From the NCBI GenBank assembly GCA_041686025.1, contig JAWLEP010000017.1, forward strand, positions 48,359 to 61,637: DNA of 13,279 nt, read 5' to 3'. A program made the position numbers and the translations under genes. The DNA comes from Candidatus Fermentibacteraceae bacterium. GTDB taxonomy: Bacteria > Fermentibacterota > Fermentibacteria > Fermentibacterales > JCC-6. Below the pieces are notes generated by a model, which saw only the letters and a list, made by a program, of their open reading frames with translations, was not told the DNA's origin and ran no database searches. Shown one piece after another: positions 1 through 8,331 of this stretch; within the stretch, counting starts at the first letter, position 1; each line of letters starts with the position of its first letter.

Positions 1-41
1 GCAGCGACAGCACGCATCTGGCGGCGGAGGCAGGCCGATGA
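1..41 (+). CDS. 3' end of upstream dcw gene (partial; probably FtsI/PBP3 from gene order)
   Basis: The frame starting at 3 is open (SDSTHLAAEAGR) to TGA 39-41, which overlaps the murE ATG (ATGA) like most other junctions in this operon. The identity is inferred only from canonical dcw order. Confidence 0.45.
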   Translation, partial: SDSTHLAAEAGR

Positions 42-1483
42 GGCTGGCTCGGGTGCTGGAGGGAACGGGGGCGAAGGTGCCGCCGGGCCTGGCTGCCACC
101 GAGGTGACCCACATAACCAACGACTCCCGGGAGGTCGGGGAGGGGTCTCTCTTCGTAGCCGTCAGGGGCTTTCGGACCGACGGTCATCTGTTCATCCGGC
201 GGGCACTGGAGGCGGGCGCCTGCGCCTGCGTGGCGGAGCGGCGGGGCGAGGAGGGCCCCCGTGTCATCCTCAACCCCGCAGGCGACAACAGGCGGCTTCT
301 GGCCAGGGCGGCCTCCAACCTCTACCGCAGGCCATGGGAGAAGATGACCATGGTGGGCATAACGGGCACCAACGGCAAGACCTCCACCGCCATGATGCTG
401 GCGGCGATCCTGGAGGGGACCGGGGTCCGGGCGGGGGTGCTGGGAACCATCGGATACAGGATCGGGGAACGGACCCTTCCAGCTCCGGTGACCACTCCCG
501 AGTCCCATGTGCTGGCCCGTCTTCTCCGCGAGATGGTCGACTGCGGCTGCGGGGCCTGCGTGATGGAGGTCTCCAGCCACGCTCTGGCCCTCTCGCGGGT
601 GGACATGGTCCGGCTGGACGTGGCGGTGTTCACCAACATCTCGCAGGACCATCTGGACTTCCACGCGGACATGGAGGAGTACCTGCGCACCAAGCTGCGG
701 ATATTCGACCTCCTCAAGCCGGATGGAAGCGCCGTGGTGGGTACCTACGCCCCCGGGGCACCCGATGTGGAGGGCGCGGCGACCTTCGGGGACTCCCCCG
801 GCGACGACTACCGGATATCGGACATGGAGGTGGGCCTCGGCAGCATCTCCTACACGCTCTCCCACGGAGGCCGGAGCGTGGAGGTAAGGGTCCCGGTGAG
901 CGGCAGCGTGAACGTCTACAACAGCGCCGGCGCCCTGGCGGCCGCCCACAGGCTGGGCCTGGACCTGGCGGATGCCGCCGCCGGGCTGGAGGGCTTCGGC
1001 GGGGTACCGGGAAGGCTGGAGGCGGTGGACGAGGGGCAGGACTTCCTGGTGGCCGTGGACTACGCCCATACCCCCGACGCCCTGGAGAAGGTTCTGCAGC
1101 AGGCGGGGGAGATGAGCAGGGGCCGGGTGATAGCCGTCTTCGGAGCCGGGGGTGACCGGGACCGCCGCAAGAGGCCCAGGATGGGGGCCATCGCCGACAG
1201 GCTGGCGGACGTTCTGGTGGTCACCAGCGACAACCCCCGCACCGAGGAGCCGGGGGTCATCATCCGGGAGATCCTGGAGGGTGTGGACAGAGAGAGCGGG
1301 CTCCACGTGGAGCCAGACCGCAGGGCCGCCATACGGCTGGCGGTGAGCCTGGCCCGGGCGGGCGACGTGGTGGTGATCGCGGGCAAGGGTCACGAGGACT
1401 ATCAGATACTGGGCACCGAGAGGGTCCACTTCGACGACCGCGAGGAAGCCAGGCGGGCCATAGCGGGGGGGCGGAATGGCTGA
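38..1483 (+). CDS. murE: UDP-N-acetylmuramoyl-L-alanyl-D-glutamate--meso-diaminopimelate ligase
   Basis: Motifs: DSR..LFVA..G...DGH at the N-terminus, P-loop GITGTNGKTST, TTP, MEVSSHAL, FTNISQDHLDFH, VPGRLE, VDYAHTPDAL, FGAGGDRDRRKRPRMG, TSDNPRTE (DNPR indicates meso-DAP specificity) and AGKGHEDYQ. GGAGG Shine-Dalgarno at 26-30. Confidence 0.97.
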   Translation: MRLARVLEGTGAKVPPGLAATEVTHITNDSREVGEGSLFVAVRGFRTDGHLFIRRALEAGACACVAERRGEEGPRVILNPAGDNRRLLARAASNLYRRPWEKMTMVGITGTNGKTSTAMMLAAILEGTGVRAGVLGTIGYRIGERTLPAPVTTPESHVLARLLREMVDCGCGACVMEVSSHALALSRVDMVRLDVAVFTNISQDHLDFHADMEEYLRTKLRIFDLLKPDGSAVVGTYAPGAPDVEGAATFGDSPGDDYRISDMEVGLGSISYTLSHGGRSVEVRVPVSGSVNVYNSAGALAAAHRLGLDLADAAAGLEGFGGVPGRLEAVDEGQDFLVAVDYAHTPDALEKVLQQAGEMSRGRVIAVFGAGGDRDRRKRPRMGAIADRLADVLVVTSDNPRTEEPGVIIREILEGVDRESGLHVEPDRRAAIRLAVSLARAGDVVVIAGKGHEDYQILGTERVHFDDREEARRAIAGGRNG

Positions 1484-2819
1484 GATTCCCCTCGGGGCCC
1501 TGGCCGGGCACGTGGGCGGCAGCTACCTGGGCCCGGAGGGCCTCGCCGCGGACAGGGCCGTCATCGACTCCCGGGAGGCCGGCAGCGGGTCGCTGTTCTT
1601 CGCCCTGGCCGGCGAGAGAACCGACGGGCACCGATACGTCGATGACGTACTGGACGCCGGGGGCTCGGTAGTGGTGAGCCGCGACCCGGGCCGGGGCCCG
1701 GCGATACTGGTGGAGGACGTGGAGGCGGCGCTTCTGAAGGCTGGGGGATGGGCCCGGGACAGGATATCGGTGCCGGTGGTCGGCCTTTCGGGCAGCTCGG
1801 GGAAGACCACCACCAGGAGGCTGCTGGAGCTGGCGCTGTCCACCCGGTTCAGTGTGGCGGCCACGGAGGGCAACCGCAACAACCAGCTGGGCCTCCCCCT
1901 GACGCTGCTGAACGTCTCCGGCCGGCCGGAGGTGGTGGTGCTGGAGCTGGGAATGAACCACGCCGGAGAGCTTCGACAGCTCTGCCGGGTGGCCCGTCCC
2001 ACCGACTCGGTGATAACCAACATCGGACTGGCCCATGTGGAGTACCTGGGCTCCCGGGAGGGTGTGGCCAGGGCCAAGGCGGAGCTGCTGGAGGGGACCG
2101 CCCCCGGCGGCTTCTGCGTGATACCCCGGGGCGAGGAGATACTGGACAGGGCTGCGGAGGCCGCGGGCCTGGAGGCGGTGAGGGTGGGCCCCGGCGGGGA
2201 CCGGTGGCTGGAGGAGTGTCCGGAGGGTACGTGCATCCAGCCCGGAGGGCACCCTGTGAGGCTGGCCATCCCGGGACGGCACAACCTGGACAACACCCTG
2301 GTGGCCGTTACCGCGGCGGAGATGATGGGGGTACCCCCGGAAACGGCCCTGGAGGCCATCGGCGGCTACCGGGGAATGGCCGGCAGGTCGGCCCTGCTGC
2401 AGGCGGGACCCTTCCGGGTCATGGACGAGAGCTACAACTCCAACCCCGACTCGGCGGAGGCCTGCCTGAGGGCCCTGGCGGATATGCCCGGAGGCCGGGG
2501 CGTGGCCATCCTGGGCGACATGCTGGAGCTGGGGGAGAGGGCCCGCGAGCTCCATCGCCGGGTGCTGGCGTTCGCCGACGGCCTGGGTCTGCGCAGGATA
2601 GTCCTGGTTGGCGGTCTGTTCTCCTCCCTGGCCGGGGAGGCGCGGGTGACCGATACCGTGGCGGCCCGGGACTGGAGGCACGCGGTGGAGCTGGCCGTGG
2701 ACGCCCTGGAGCCGGGAGGGACCGTTCTGGTGAAGGCCAGTCGCAGCCTGCGGCTGGAGCGGGCGGTGGACCTGATCAGGGAGAGGCTCGCCGGGCCCGC
2801 GGAAGGGGAGGGCCCATGA
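1476..2819 (+). CDS. murF: UDP-N-acetylmuramoyl-tripeptide--D-alanyl-D-alanine ligase
   Basis: Motifs: IDSR..LFFAL.GERTDGH, GLSGSSGKTTT, GNRNNQLGLPLTLL, LELGMNHAGEL, ITNIGLAHVE, DESYNSNPDS, LGDMLELG, VLVKASR. Overlaps the murE stop by 8 nt. Confidence 0.96.
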   Translation: MAEIPLGALAGHVGGSYLGPEGLAADRAVIDSREAGSGSLFFALAGERTDGHRYVDDVLDAGGSVVVSRDPGRGPAILVEDVEAALLKAGGWARDRISVPVVGLSGSSGKTTTRRLLELALSTRFSVAATEGNRNNQLGLPLTLLNVSGRPEVVVLELGMNHAGELRQLCRVARPTDSVITNIGLAHVEYLGSREGVARAKAELLEGTAPGGFCVIPRGEEILDRAAEAAGLEAVRVGPGGDRWLEECPEGTCIQPGGHPVRLAIPGRHNLDNTLVAVTAAEMMGVPPETALEAIGGYRGMAGRSALLQAGPFRVMDESYNSNPDSAEACLRALADMPGGRGVAILGDMLELGERARELHRRVLAFADGLGLRRIVLVGGLFSSLAGEARVTDTVAARDWRHAVELAVDALEPGGTVLVKASRSLRLERAVDLIRERLAGPAEGEGP

Positions 2820-4156
2820 GCTACTGGCTGGACGGCTCCGGAAAGACCGTGGGCGTGCTGGGGCTGGGAAGGAGCGGCCGCGCCGCCGCCGCCCTCCTGA
2901 GCCGGCGCGGCTTTGCGGTGGTGGGCATAGACGATTCCCCCGACTGCCCCCCCTGCCCCGACTGCCGGCGCCACGTGCTGGGCGACACCAAAGCCCTGGA
3001 CCTCGAGGAGCTGGACGGCCTGGTGCTGAGCCCGGGGGTGCCTCCGGCCGCGCAGCTGCCCTCACGGGCCAGGGAGCTGGGAATACCGGTTACCGGGGAG
3101 GTGGAGCTGGCCAGCCTGTTCACATCGGCCACCGTGGCCGCGGTCACCGGTTCCAACGGCAAGACCACCACGGTGGAGTGGCTGGGCCACCTCCTGCGGA
3201 AGGCGGGCCTGAACGCCTGCGTGGCGGGAAACATGGGCTACCCGTTCTCCCGGGCCGTCCTGGAGAGGCCGGATGCCGGGGTCTACGTCCTGGAGGTCAG
3301 CAGCTACCAGCTGGAGACCATACGGACCTTCCGGCCGAAGGTGGCGGCAGTGCTGAACCTCACCCCCGACCACCTCAGCCGCCACGGGGACATGGACGGC
3401 TACCGCGGCGCCAAGGCCAGGATATTCATGAACCAGAGCCCCGAGGACTTCCTGGTGCTCAACGCCGACGACCCGCAGCTGGTGAGCCTCATAGGCCTCA
3501 CCGAGGGAATGGAGATGTACTTCAGCCTCCGGCGGCCGGTGGAAACCGGGGCCTTCGTGCGGGAGGGAAGCCTGCAGCTGGCCTGGGCCGGCGGGGTCAG
3601 CCCCCTGCTGCCGGTGGAGGAGCTCTCCCTGCCCGGAGCCCACAACACCGCCAACGCCCTGGCGGTAGCCTCAATTGCCAGGGCCCTGGGAGTCTCCGGC
3701 CAGCGCATGCTGGAGGGTCTGCGCACCTTCCCCGGAGTGCCGCACCGGCTGGAGGAGGTCAGGAGGCTGGGGGGCGTGAGGTACGTCAACGACTCCAAGT
3801 CCACCAACATCGACTCCCTCCGGGTCGCCCTGGAGGCGGAGCCCGGCCCCCTGGTCCTGATAGCAGGCGGCAGGCCCAAGGAGGGCGACTACGGCGGGCT
3901 CCGGGAAGCCGTCCGCTCCCGGGCCAGGGCAGTGCTGACCATAGGCGAGGCCGCGGGGATGCTGGCCGAGGCCTGGAGTGACGGGATCACCGTGGAACGG
4001 CTTCCGGACCTGGATGCCGCCGTGGGCCGCGCCCGGAGCCTGGCCCGAAGCGGGGACACCGTCCTCCTCTCTCCGGGCTGCGCCAGCTTCGACCAGTACG
4101 AGAACTTCGAGGAGCGGGGAGACCACTTCCGCCGCCTGGTGGAGGCCCTGTCATGA
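2816..4156 (+). CDS. murD: UDP-N-acetylmuramoyl-L-alanine--D-glutamate ligase (446 aa)
   Basis: The true start is ATG 2816 (ATGA overlap with the murF stop, GGAGGG upstream), inside the listed 802-aa ORF. Motifs: GLGRSG, LSPGVP, VTGSNGKTTT, GNMG, LEVSSYQLE, LNLTPDHL.RHG, HRLE, NDSKSTN, LLSPGCASFDQYENFEERG. Confidence 0.97.
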   Translation: MSYWLDGSGKTVGVLGLGRSGRAAAALLSRRGFAVVGIDDSPDCPPCPDCRRHVLGDTKALDLEELDGLVLSPGVPPAAQLPSRARELGIPVTGEVELASLFTSATVAAVTGSNGKTTTVEWLGHLLRKAGLNACVAGNMGYPFSRAVLERPDAGVYVLEVSSYQLETIRTFRPKVAAVLNLTPDHLSRHGDMDGYRGAKARIFMNQSPEDFLVLNADDPQLVSLIGLTEGMEMYFSLRRPVETGAFVREGSLQLAWAGGVSPLLPVEELSLPGAHNTANALAVASIARALGVSGQRMLEGLRTFPGVPHRLEEVRRLGGVRYVNDSKSTNIDSLRVALEAEPGPLVLIAGGRPKEGDYGGLREAVRSRARAVLTIGEAAGMLAEAWSDGITVERLPDLDAAVGRARSLARSGDTVLLSPGCASFDQYENFEERGDHFRRLVEALS

Positions 4157-5262
4157 GCGCCGCGCGGAAGGCCCCCACCGGCATGCTGCTCACCACCACG
4201 GCCGCCCTGCTGATACTGGGGGTAATGGCGGTGTACACCGCCAGCTCCTTCGCCTCCATGCAGGACTACGCCGACGGCGGCAGCTACCACTACCTGGTGC
4301 GGTACCTGGTGAGGCTGGCCGCCGGCCTCCTCTGCGCCGCCGCCGCCTACGCCATGCCCAGGAGGGCCTGGATACTGGCCGCGCCCGTGCTCTACGGCGC
4401 CAGCCTGCTGATGCTGGTGATGACGGTGATCCCGGACTTCCCCCTGGCACCGGCGGTGAAGGGCTCCAGCAGGTGGATCTTCCTGGGCCCGGTGAGCCTG
4501 ATGCCCGCCGACCTGGTCCGCTTCTCGCTGATCATGTTCGTGGCTTCGCTGGTTACCGGCAGCAGGCTCCGGCCCCGCAGCGGCCGCGGCTTCCTGGTGC
4601 TCTGCTCCCTGGGGCTCTTTCCCGCCGGCCTGATGCTGCTTCAGCCCGACTTCGCGGGTGCGGCATACCTTACGGTCGTCATGATAGTCGTTGCCTATCT
4701 GGCGGAAGCAAGGCTGGGCCACATCGCCCTTCTGCTGGCCCTTCTGGTGGCCCTGGGCGCTGCCGCCGTGCTCTCATCGGAGTACCGCCGGGAGCGTCTT
4801 ATGGGATTCCGGAACCCCGAGCAGAACGTCGAGGGGACCAACTGGCAGTCGAACCAGTCCATCATTGCCCTGGGCAGCGGCGGCCTGCGCGGCCGGGGGC
4901 TGGGCCGCGGCAGGCAGCAGATGGGCTACCTGCCGGAGCCCTTCTCGGACTTCGTCCTGGCCGTGGTGGGTGAGGAGCTGGGCTTCATGGGGACCTCCCT
5001 GATAACCGGCCTGCTCCTGCTGCTGTGCCTCTCCGGCTGGCGGATAGCGCAGGCGGCGGACAGCGCCTTCGGCCAGATCGCCGCGGGGGGCCTCACCGCC
5101 TCCATCGCCATGGGTGCCCTGATCCACGCAGGCGTGGTGACCAGGCTGCTGCCCCCCACGGGTACCCCCCTGCCCCTGATCTCCTGGGGGGGCACGAACG
5201 TGATAGTCACGCTGGCCTCCATCGGCTTCCTGGCCCGAATCTCCAGGGAGGTGGGCAGATGA
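4153..5262 (+). CDS. ftsW: SEDS-family peptidoglycan glycosyltransferase, cell division protein FtsW
   Basis: Many hydrophobic segments. Motifs: VYTASS, GSSRWI, LLQPDFAG, WQSNQSIIALGSGG..GRGLG.G.Q, YLPEPFSDF..AVVGEELGF, G.PLPLISWGG. Lies between murD and murG. Confidence 0.93.
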   Translation: MSAARKAPTGMLLTTTAALLILGVMAVYTASSFASMQDYADGGSYHYLVRYLVRLAAGLLCAAAAYAMPRRAWILAAPVLYGASLLMLVMTVIPDFPLAPAVKGSSRWIFLGPVSLMPADLVRFSLIMFVASLVTGSRLRPRSGRGFLVLCSLGLFPAGLMLLQPDFAGAAYLTVVMIVVAYLAEARLGHIALLLALLVALGAAAVLSSEYRRERLMGFRNPEQNVEGTNWQSNQSIIALGSGGLRGRGLGRGRQQMGYLPEPFSDFVLAVVGEELGFMGTSLITGLLLLLCLSGWRIAQAADSAFGQIAAGGLTASIAMGALIHAGVVTRLLPPTGTPLPLISWGGTNVIVTLASIGFLARISREVGR

Positions 5263-6332
5263 TCAGGGCTTTCTTCGCTGCGGGGGGCACCGGGGGCCAC
5301 ATCAGCCCGGCCCTGGCCGTGGCCTCCGCCATGGAGGAGCTGGGGGACGTGGACGCCCGCTTCATCGCCACCTGCCGGACGGTGGACAGGCGCATGTACG
5401 CGCCCCTGGGAGAGCGCGTCTACTACATAGACTCCCCCAGGATCGACAGGGGCGGCCCCCGAAGCCTCCTTCTTCCCTTCAGGGCCCTCTCCACCCTCCG
5501 CCTGGTGCGGGGGATACTCCGCGCCGGGGCTGCAGACGTCCTTCTGGGCACCGGAGGATACTCCTCCTTCTACGCCATGGTGGCGGCCAGGACGCTGGGC
5601 ATTCCCGCGGTGCTTCACGAGTCGAACACCGTTGCCGGAAGGTCCAACAGGCTGGCCTCCCGCTTTGCCGACCTCACCCTTACGGGCTTTGGCGCCGGAA
5701 GGGCCGGACTGTCCGGTACGGTGGAGCGGGCGGGCAATCCGGTGCGTCCCTCCCTGTCCAGGATGAACCCGCTGGAGGCCAGGAGAACGCTGGGGATACC
5801 CATGGACCGGCCCGCGGTGCTGTTCCTGGGCGGGAGCCAGGGCGCCAGGGCCCTCAACGACCTGGCCCTGCGGGCGCCGGAGGAGGTCTTCGTGATCCTG
5901 CAGTGCGGTGAGACCGACCTGCTGCGGGTACGGAAGGAAGCTGGAGAGAGGCGGGGCATCAGGGTGGTGGCCTTCGCCGACGACCCCTCGGCCCTCTACT
6001 CGGCCGCGGACCTGGCAGTGGCCAGGGCCGGGGCCATGACCACCGCCGAGCTCTGCTGGTTCCGTCTGCCGTCTGTTCTGGTCCCCTACCCCTATGCCGC
6101 CGGCGACCACCAGCGGGGAAACGCCGGGGAGCTGGAGAGCGCCGGAGGGGCCGTGATGCTGGACCAGGACGTCGCCGGGAAGTCCCTCTGGCCCCTGGTG
6201 GAGTCCCTTCTGGAAGAGCCGGAGAGACGCAGGGGCATGAGCACGGCCCTGGCGGGGCTGATGCCGGAGAACCCCGCCTACGCCATAGCCCGCCGCCTGC
6301 TGGAGACCGCCGGGGAAGGCGGTGGGCTGTGA
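5259..6332 (+). CDS. murG: Undecaprenyl-PP-MurNAc-pentapeptide N-acetylglucosamine transferase (357 aa)
   Basis: Start ATG 5259 (ATGA overlap with ftsW). Motifs: AGGTGGHISPA, GTGGYSS, HESNTVAGRSNR, GNPVR, LGGSQGA, RAGAMTTAEL, LVPYPYA..DHQ..NA. Confidence 0.96.
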   Translation: MIRAFFAAGGTGGHISPALAVASAMEELGDVDARFIATCRTVDRRMYAPLGERVYYIDSPRIDRGGPRSLLLPFRALSTLRLVRGILRAGAADVLLGTGGYSSFYAMVAARTLGIPAVLHESNTVAGRSNRLASRFADLTLTGFGAGRAGLSGTVERAGNPVRPSLSRMNPLEARRTLGIPMDRPAVLFLGGSQGARALNDLALRAPEEVFVILQCGETDLLRVRKEAGERRGIRVVAFADDPSALYSAADLAVARAGAMTTAELCWFRLPSVLVPYPYAAGDHQRGNAGELESAGGAVMLDQDVAGKSLWPLVESLLEEPERRRGMSTALAGLMPENPAYAIARRLLETAGEGGGL

Positions 6333-7648
6333 GCACCGTTCACGTCATGGGGGCCGGAGGAGCCGGCATGAGCGGCCTGGCCCGCTGGTACGCCCATTCC
6401 GGCTGGACCGTCACCGGATGCGACCTCAGCCCCGGTCCCGTGGTCCGGATGCTGCGGGAGGAGGGCATACCGGTGGCCATGGGCCACAGCCCCGAGCACC
6501 TGGAGGGAGCCGACAGGCTGGTCTATAGCGCGGCCGTTCCCCCGGACTGCCCGGAGCTGCTGGCGGCGACGCGCATGGGCATCCCCGCCCTCCGCAGGAG
6601 CGAGGCCCTGGCGGAGCTCACCGAGGGCTCTCCGCTGGCGGCGGTTGCCGGCGCCCACGGCAAGACCACCACCGCGTCCATGGCCGGCTGGGCCCTGTCG
6701 GCCTGCGGGCTGGACCCCACCGTGATGGTGGGGGGGCAGGTCCCCGCCTGGCGCGGCAACTACCGCCCGGGCTCGGGGCCGGTGGTGGTGGAGGCAGACG
6801 AGTACGACAGGGCGTTCCTCCGGCTCCGGCCCACCTGGGCTCTGGTCACCGGATTCGCCGCCGAGCACCTGGAGTGCTACGGGTCGCTGGAGCGCCTGGA
6901 GGCGGCCTTCGAGTTCTTCCTGGAGCTGACCCCTCCCGGCGGGTCGGTGATCGTGCCCCGCCGGCTGAGGGGAATGGCCAGGTGGGCCGAGAGGCTGGGC
7001 CGCAGGGTGGTGACCACCGGCCCGGAGGGCGAGGTCTTCGCCGAGAGCCTGGGGACCGATGGCTGGGGGGAGCGGTACTCCGTGGCCGGCGTGCGCGGGA
7101 GGCTTCCCCAGCCCGGGCTGCACAACCTGGAGAACGTGGCCTCGGCTGCGGCCCTGTGCAGGGAGATGGGGGCCGACGTCTCGCAGGTGGTGCAGGCCCT
7201 GGAGGACTACCCGGGAGTGAGCCGCAGGCTGGAGCGGATAGGAAAGCTGCACGGAGCGGTGGCGGTATCGGACTACGCGCACCACCCCGACGAGATCGGC
7301 GCCGCCCTGGCCGCCCTGAGGAGGGTCTCCGGCGGCGGGCTGGGCGTGGTGTTCCAGCCGCACCTCTACAGCCGCACACGTCTGCTGCACAGGGAGATGG
7401 GCGCCGCCCTGGCCGCCGCCGACTGGACCGTGGTCCTCCCCGTCTACCCGGCGCGGGAGGCCCCGATTCCCGGGGTGACCTCCCAGCTGGTGCACACCGC
7501 CTGCGTCCGCGCCGGCGGCACCTCCACCCGCTGCGCCACCTCGGAGCTGGGCCGCTGCCTTTCCGGGCTGGAGGCGGGAACCGTGGTCTTCATGGGAGCG
7601 GGGACCGTGGACCGGGCCGCCAGGCGGCTGGTGGAGGAGGAGTCATGA
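6329..7648 (+). CDS. murC: UDP-N-acetylmuramate--L-alanine ligase
   Basis: GTG start (GTGA overlap). Motifs: HVMGAGGAGMSGLA, VYSAAV, RSEALAEL, AVAGAHGKTTTASM, VEADEYD, DYAHHPDEI, VFQPHLYSRT, VYPARE, MGAG. Confidence 0.95.
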   Translation: MSTVHVMGAGGAGMSGLARWYAHSGWTVTGCDLSPGPVVRMLREEGIPVAMGHSPEHLEGADRLVYSAAVPPDCPELLAATRMGIPALRRSEALAELTEGSPLAAVAGAHGKTTTASMAGWALSACGLDPTVMVGGQVPAWRGNYRPGSGPVVVEADEYDRAFLRLRPTWALVTGFAAEHLECYGSLERLEAAFEFFLELTPPGGSVIVPRRLRGMARWAERLGRRVVTTGPEGEVFAESLGTDGWGERYSVAGVRGRLPQPGLHNLENVASAAALCREMGADVSQVVQALEDYPGVSRRLERIGKLHGAVAVSDYAHHPDEIGAALAALRRVSGGGLGVVFQPHLYSRTRLLHREMGAALAAADWTVVLPVYPAREAPIPGVTSQLVHTACVRAGGTSTRCATSELGRCLSGLEAGTVVFMGAGTVDRAARRLVEEES

Positions 7649-8331
7649 GAAAGGCGATGTGGATCCTTCTGGCGCTGTCCATGGCCGCCACTGTGGGGGC
7701 CCTGGGCTACAGGATGGCCGAGAGGGACGACTGGTTCGACCTGGGGGAGGCCCGGGTCCGGGGCATCAGGCCGGTGGACTCCGCCATGGTGGCCCGCACG
7801 CTGCGGCCCTACTTCGGCACCCCCCTGGGAAGCATCGACCTGCCCTCCATACGCCGCGACCTGGAGGAGCTGTCGCTGGTTGACTCCGCAGAGGTGGGCC
7901 GAAGCTGGCCGCAGTCCATAGCGGTAGAGGTGTCCCTGGCGCGGCCGGTGGCCGTCCTGGCGGACACCGGCGGACGCACCGCCGTGGACGCCGGAGGGAA
8001 CCCCCTTCCGGCGACCTTCGTCGCCGACAGCCTTCCCCTGATCGCCCTGGAGGCGGGATACGCCCGGGACGACCTGCTGCGCCTGCTGGACTACGTGAGC
8101 TCCGCAGGGACCCCGGCCGGCGTGGAGGGAATCGAGCTGGGCCCCAGGGGGGTGAGCTTCCTCACCGGCGAGTGCCGCGTGCTGCTGGGCTCGGCCCGGC
8201 TGCCGCTTCGCTGGGGGCTGTTCAGGAGCATACCGCGGGGTGCTCTCCTCACCGGAAGATGGTGCACGGTGGACATGCGTTACAGGGGCCAGGCCGTTGT
8301 GAGAAGCCGCAGGGAGGAACGATCGGGATGA
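7645..8331 (+). CDS. ftsQ: Cell division protein FtsQ/DivIB (228 aa, divergent)
   Basis: Start ATG 7645 (ATGA overlap with murC, GGAGG upstream). Single N-terminal TM helix, POTRA-like segment (..VDSAEVGRSWPQSIAVEV), C-terminal VDMRY resembling the IDLRY motif, and position directly before ftsA. Confidence 0.85.
   Translation: MRKAMWILLALSMAATVGALGYRMAERDDWFDLGEARVRGIRPVDSAMVARTLRPYFGTPLGSIDLPSIRRDLEELSLVDSAEVGRSWPQSIAVEVSLARPVAVLADTGGRTAVDAGGNPLPATFVADSLPLIALEAGYARDDLLRLLDYVSSAGTPAGVEGIELGPRGVSFLTGECRVLLGSARLPLRWGLFRSIPRGALLTGRWCTVDMRYRGQAVVRSRREERSG

Noticed and set aside
1748..2815. Apparent long N-terminal extension of MurD (802-aa ORF) or a MurF-MurD fusion
   Set aside because: The extension is a G/P/A/R-rich off-frame read of murF. 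MurD homology starts at ATG 2816, which has an SD and an ATGA overlap.
1260..3065. 601-aa antisense ORF, plus other long antisense or off-frame ORFs such as 4926-6110, 6278-7495 and 334-1155
   Set aside because: These are shadow ORFs caused by high GC and stop-codon scarcity. They overlap well-supported genes and have no recognisable motifs.
5025..8327. Upstream extensions of the murG (from 5025), ftsQ (from 6874) and ftsA (from 8172) ORFs
   Set aside because: They overlap the preceding genes out of frame. Homology and SD sites support starts at 5259, 7645 and 8328.
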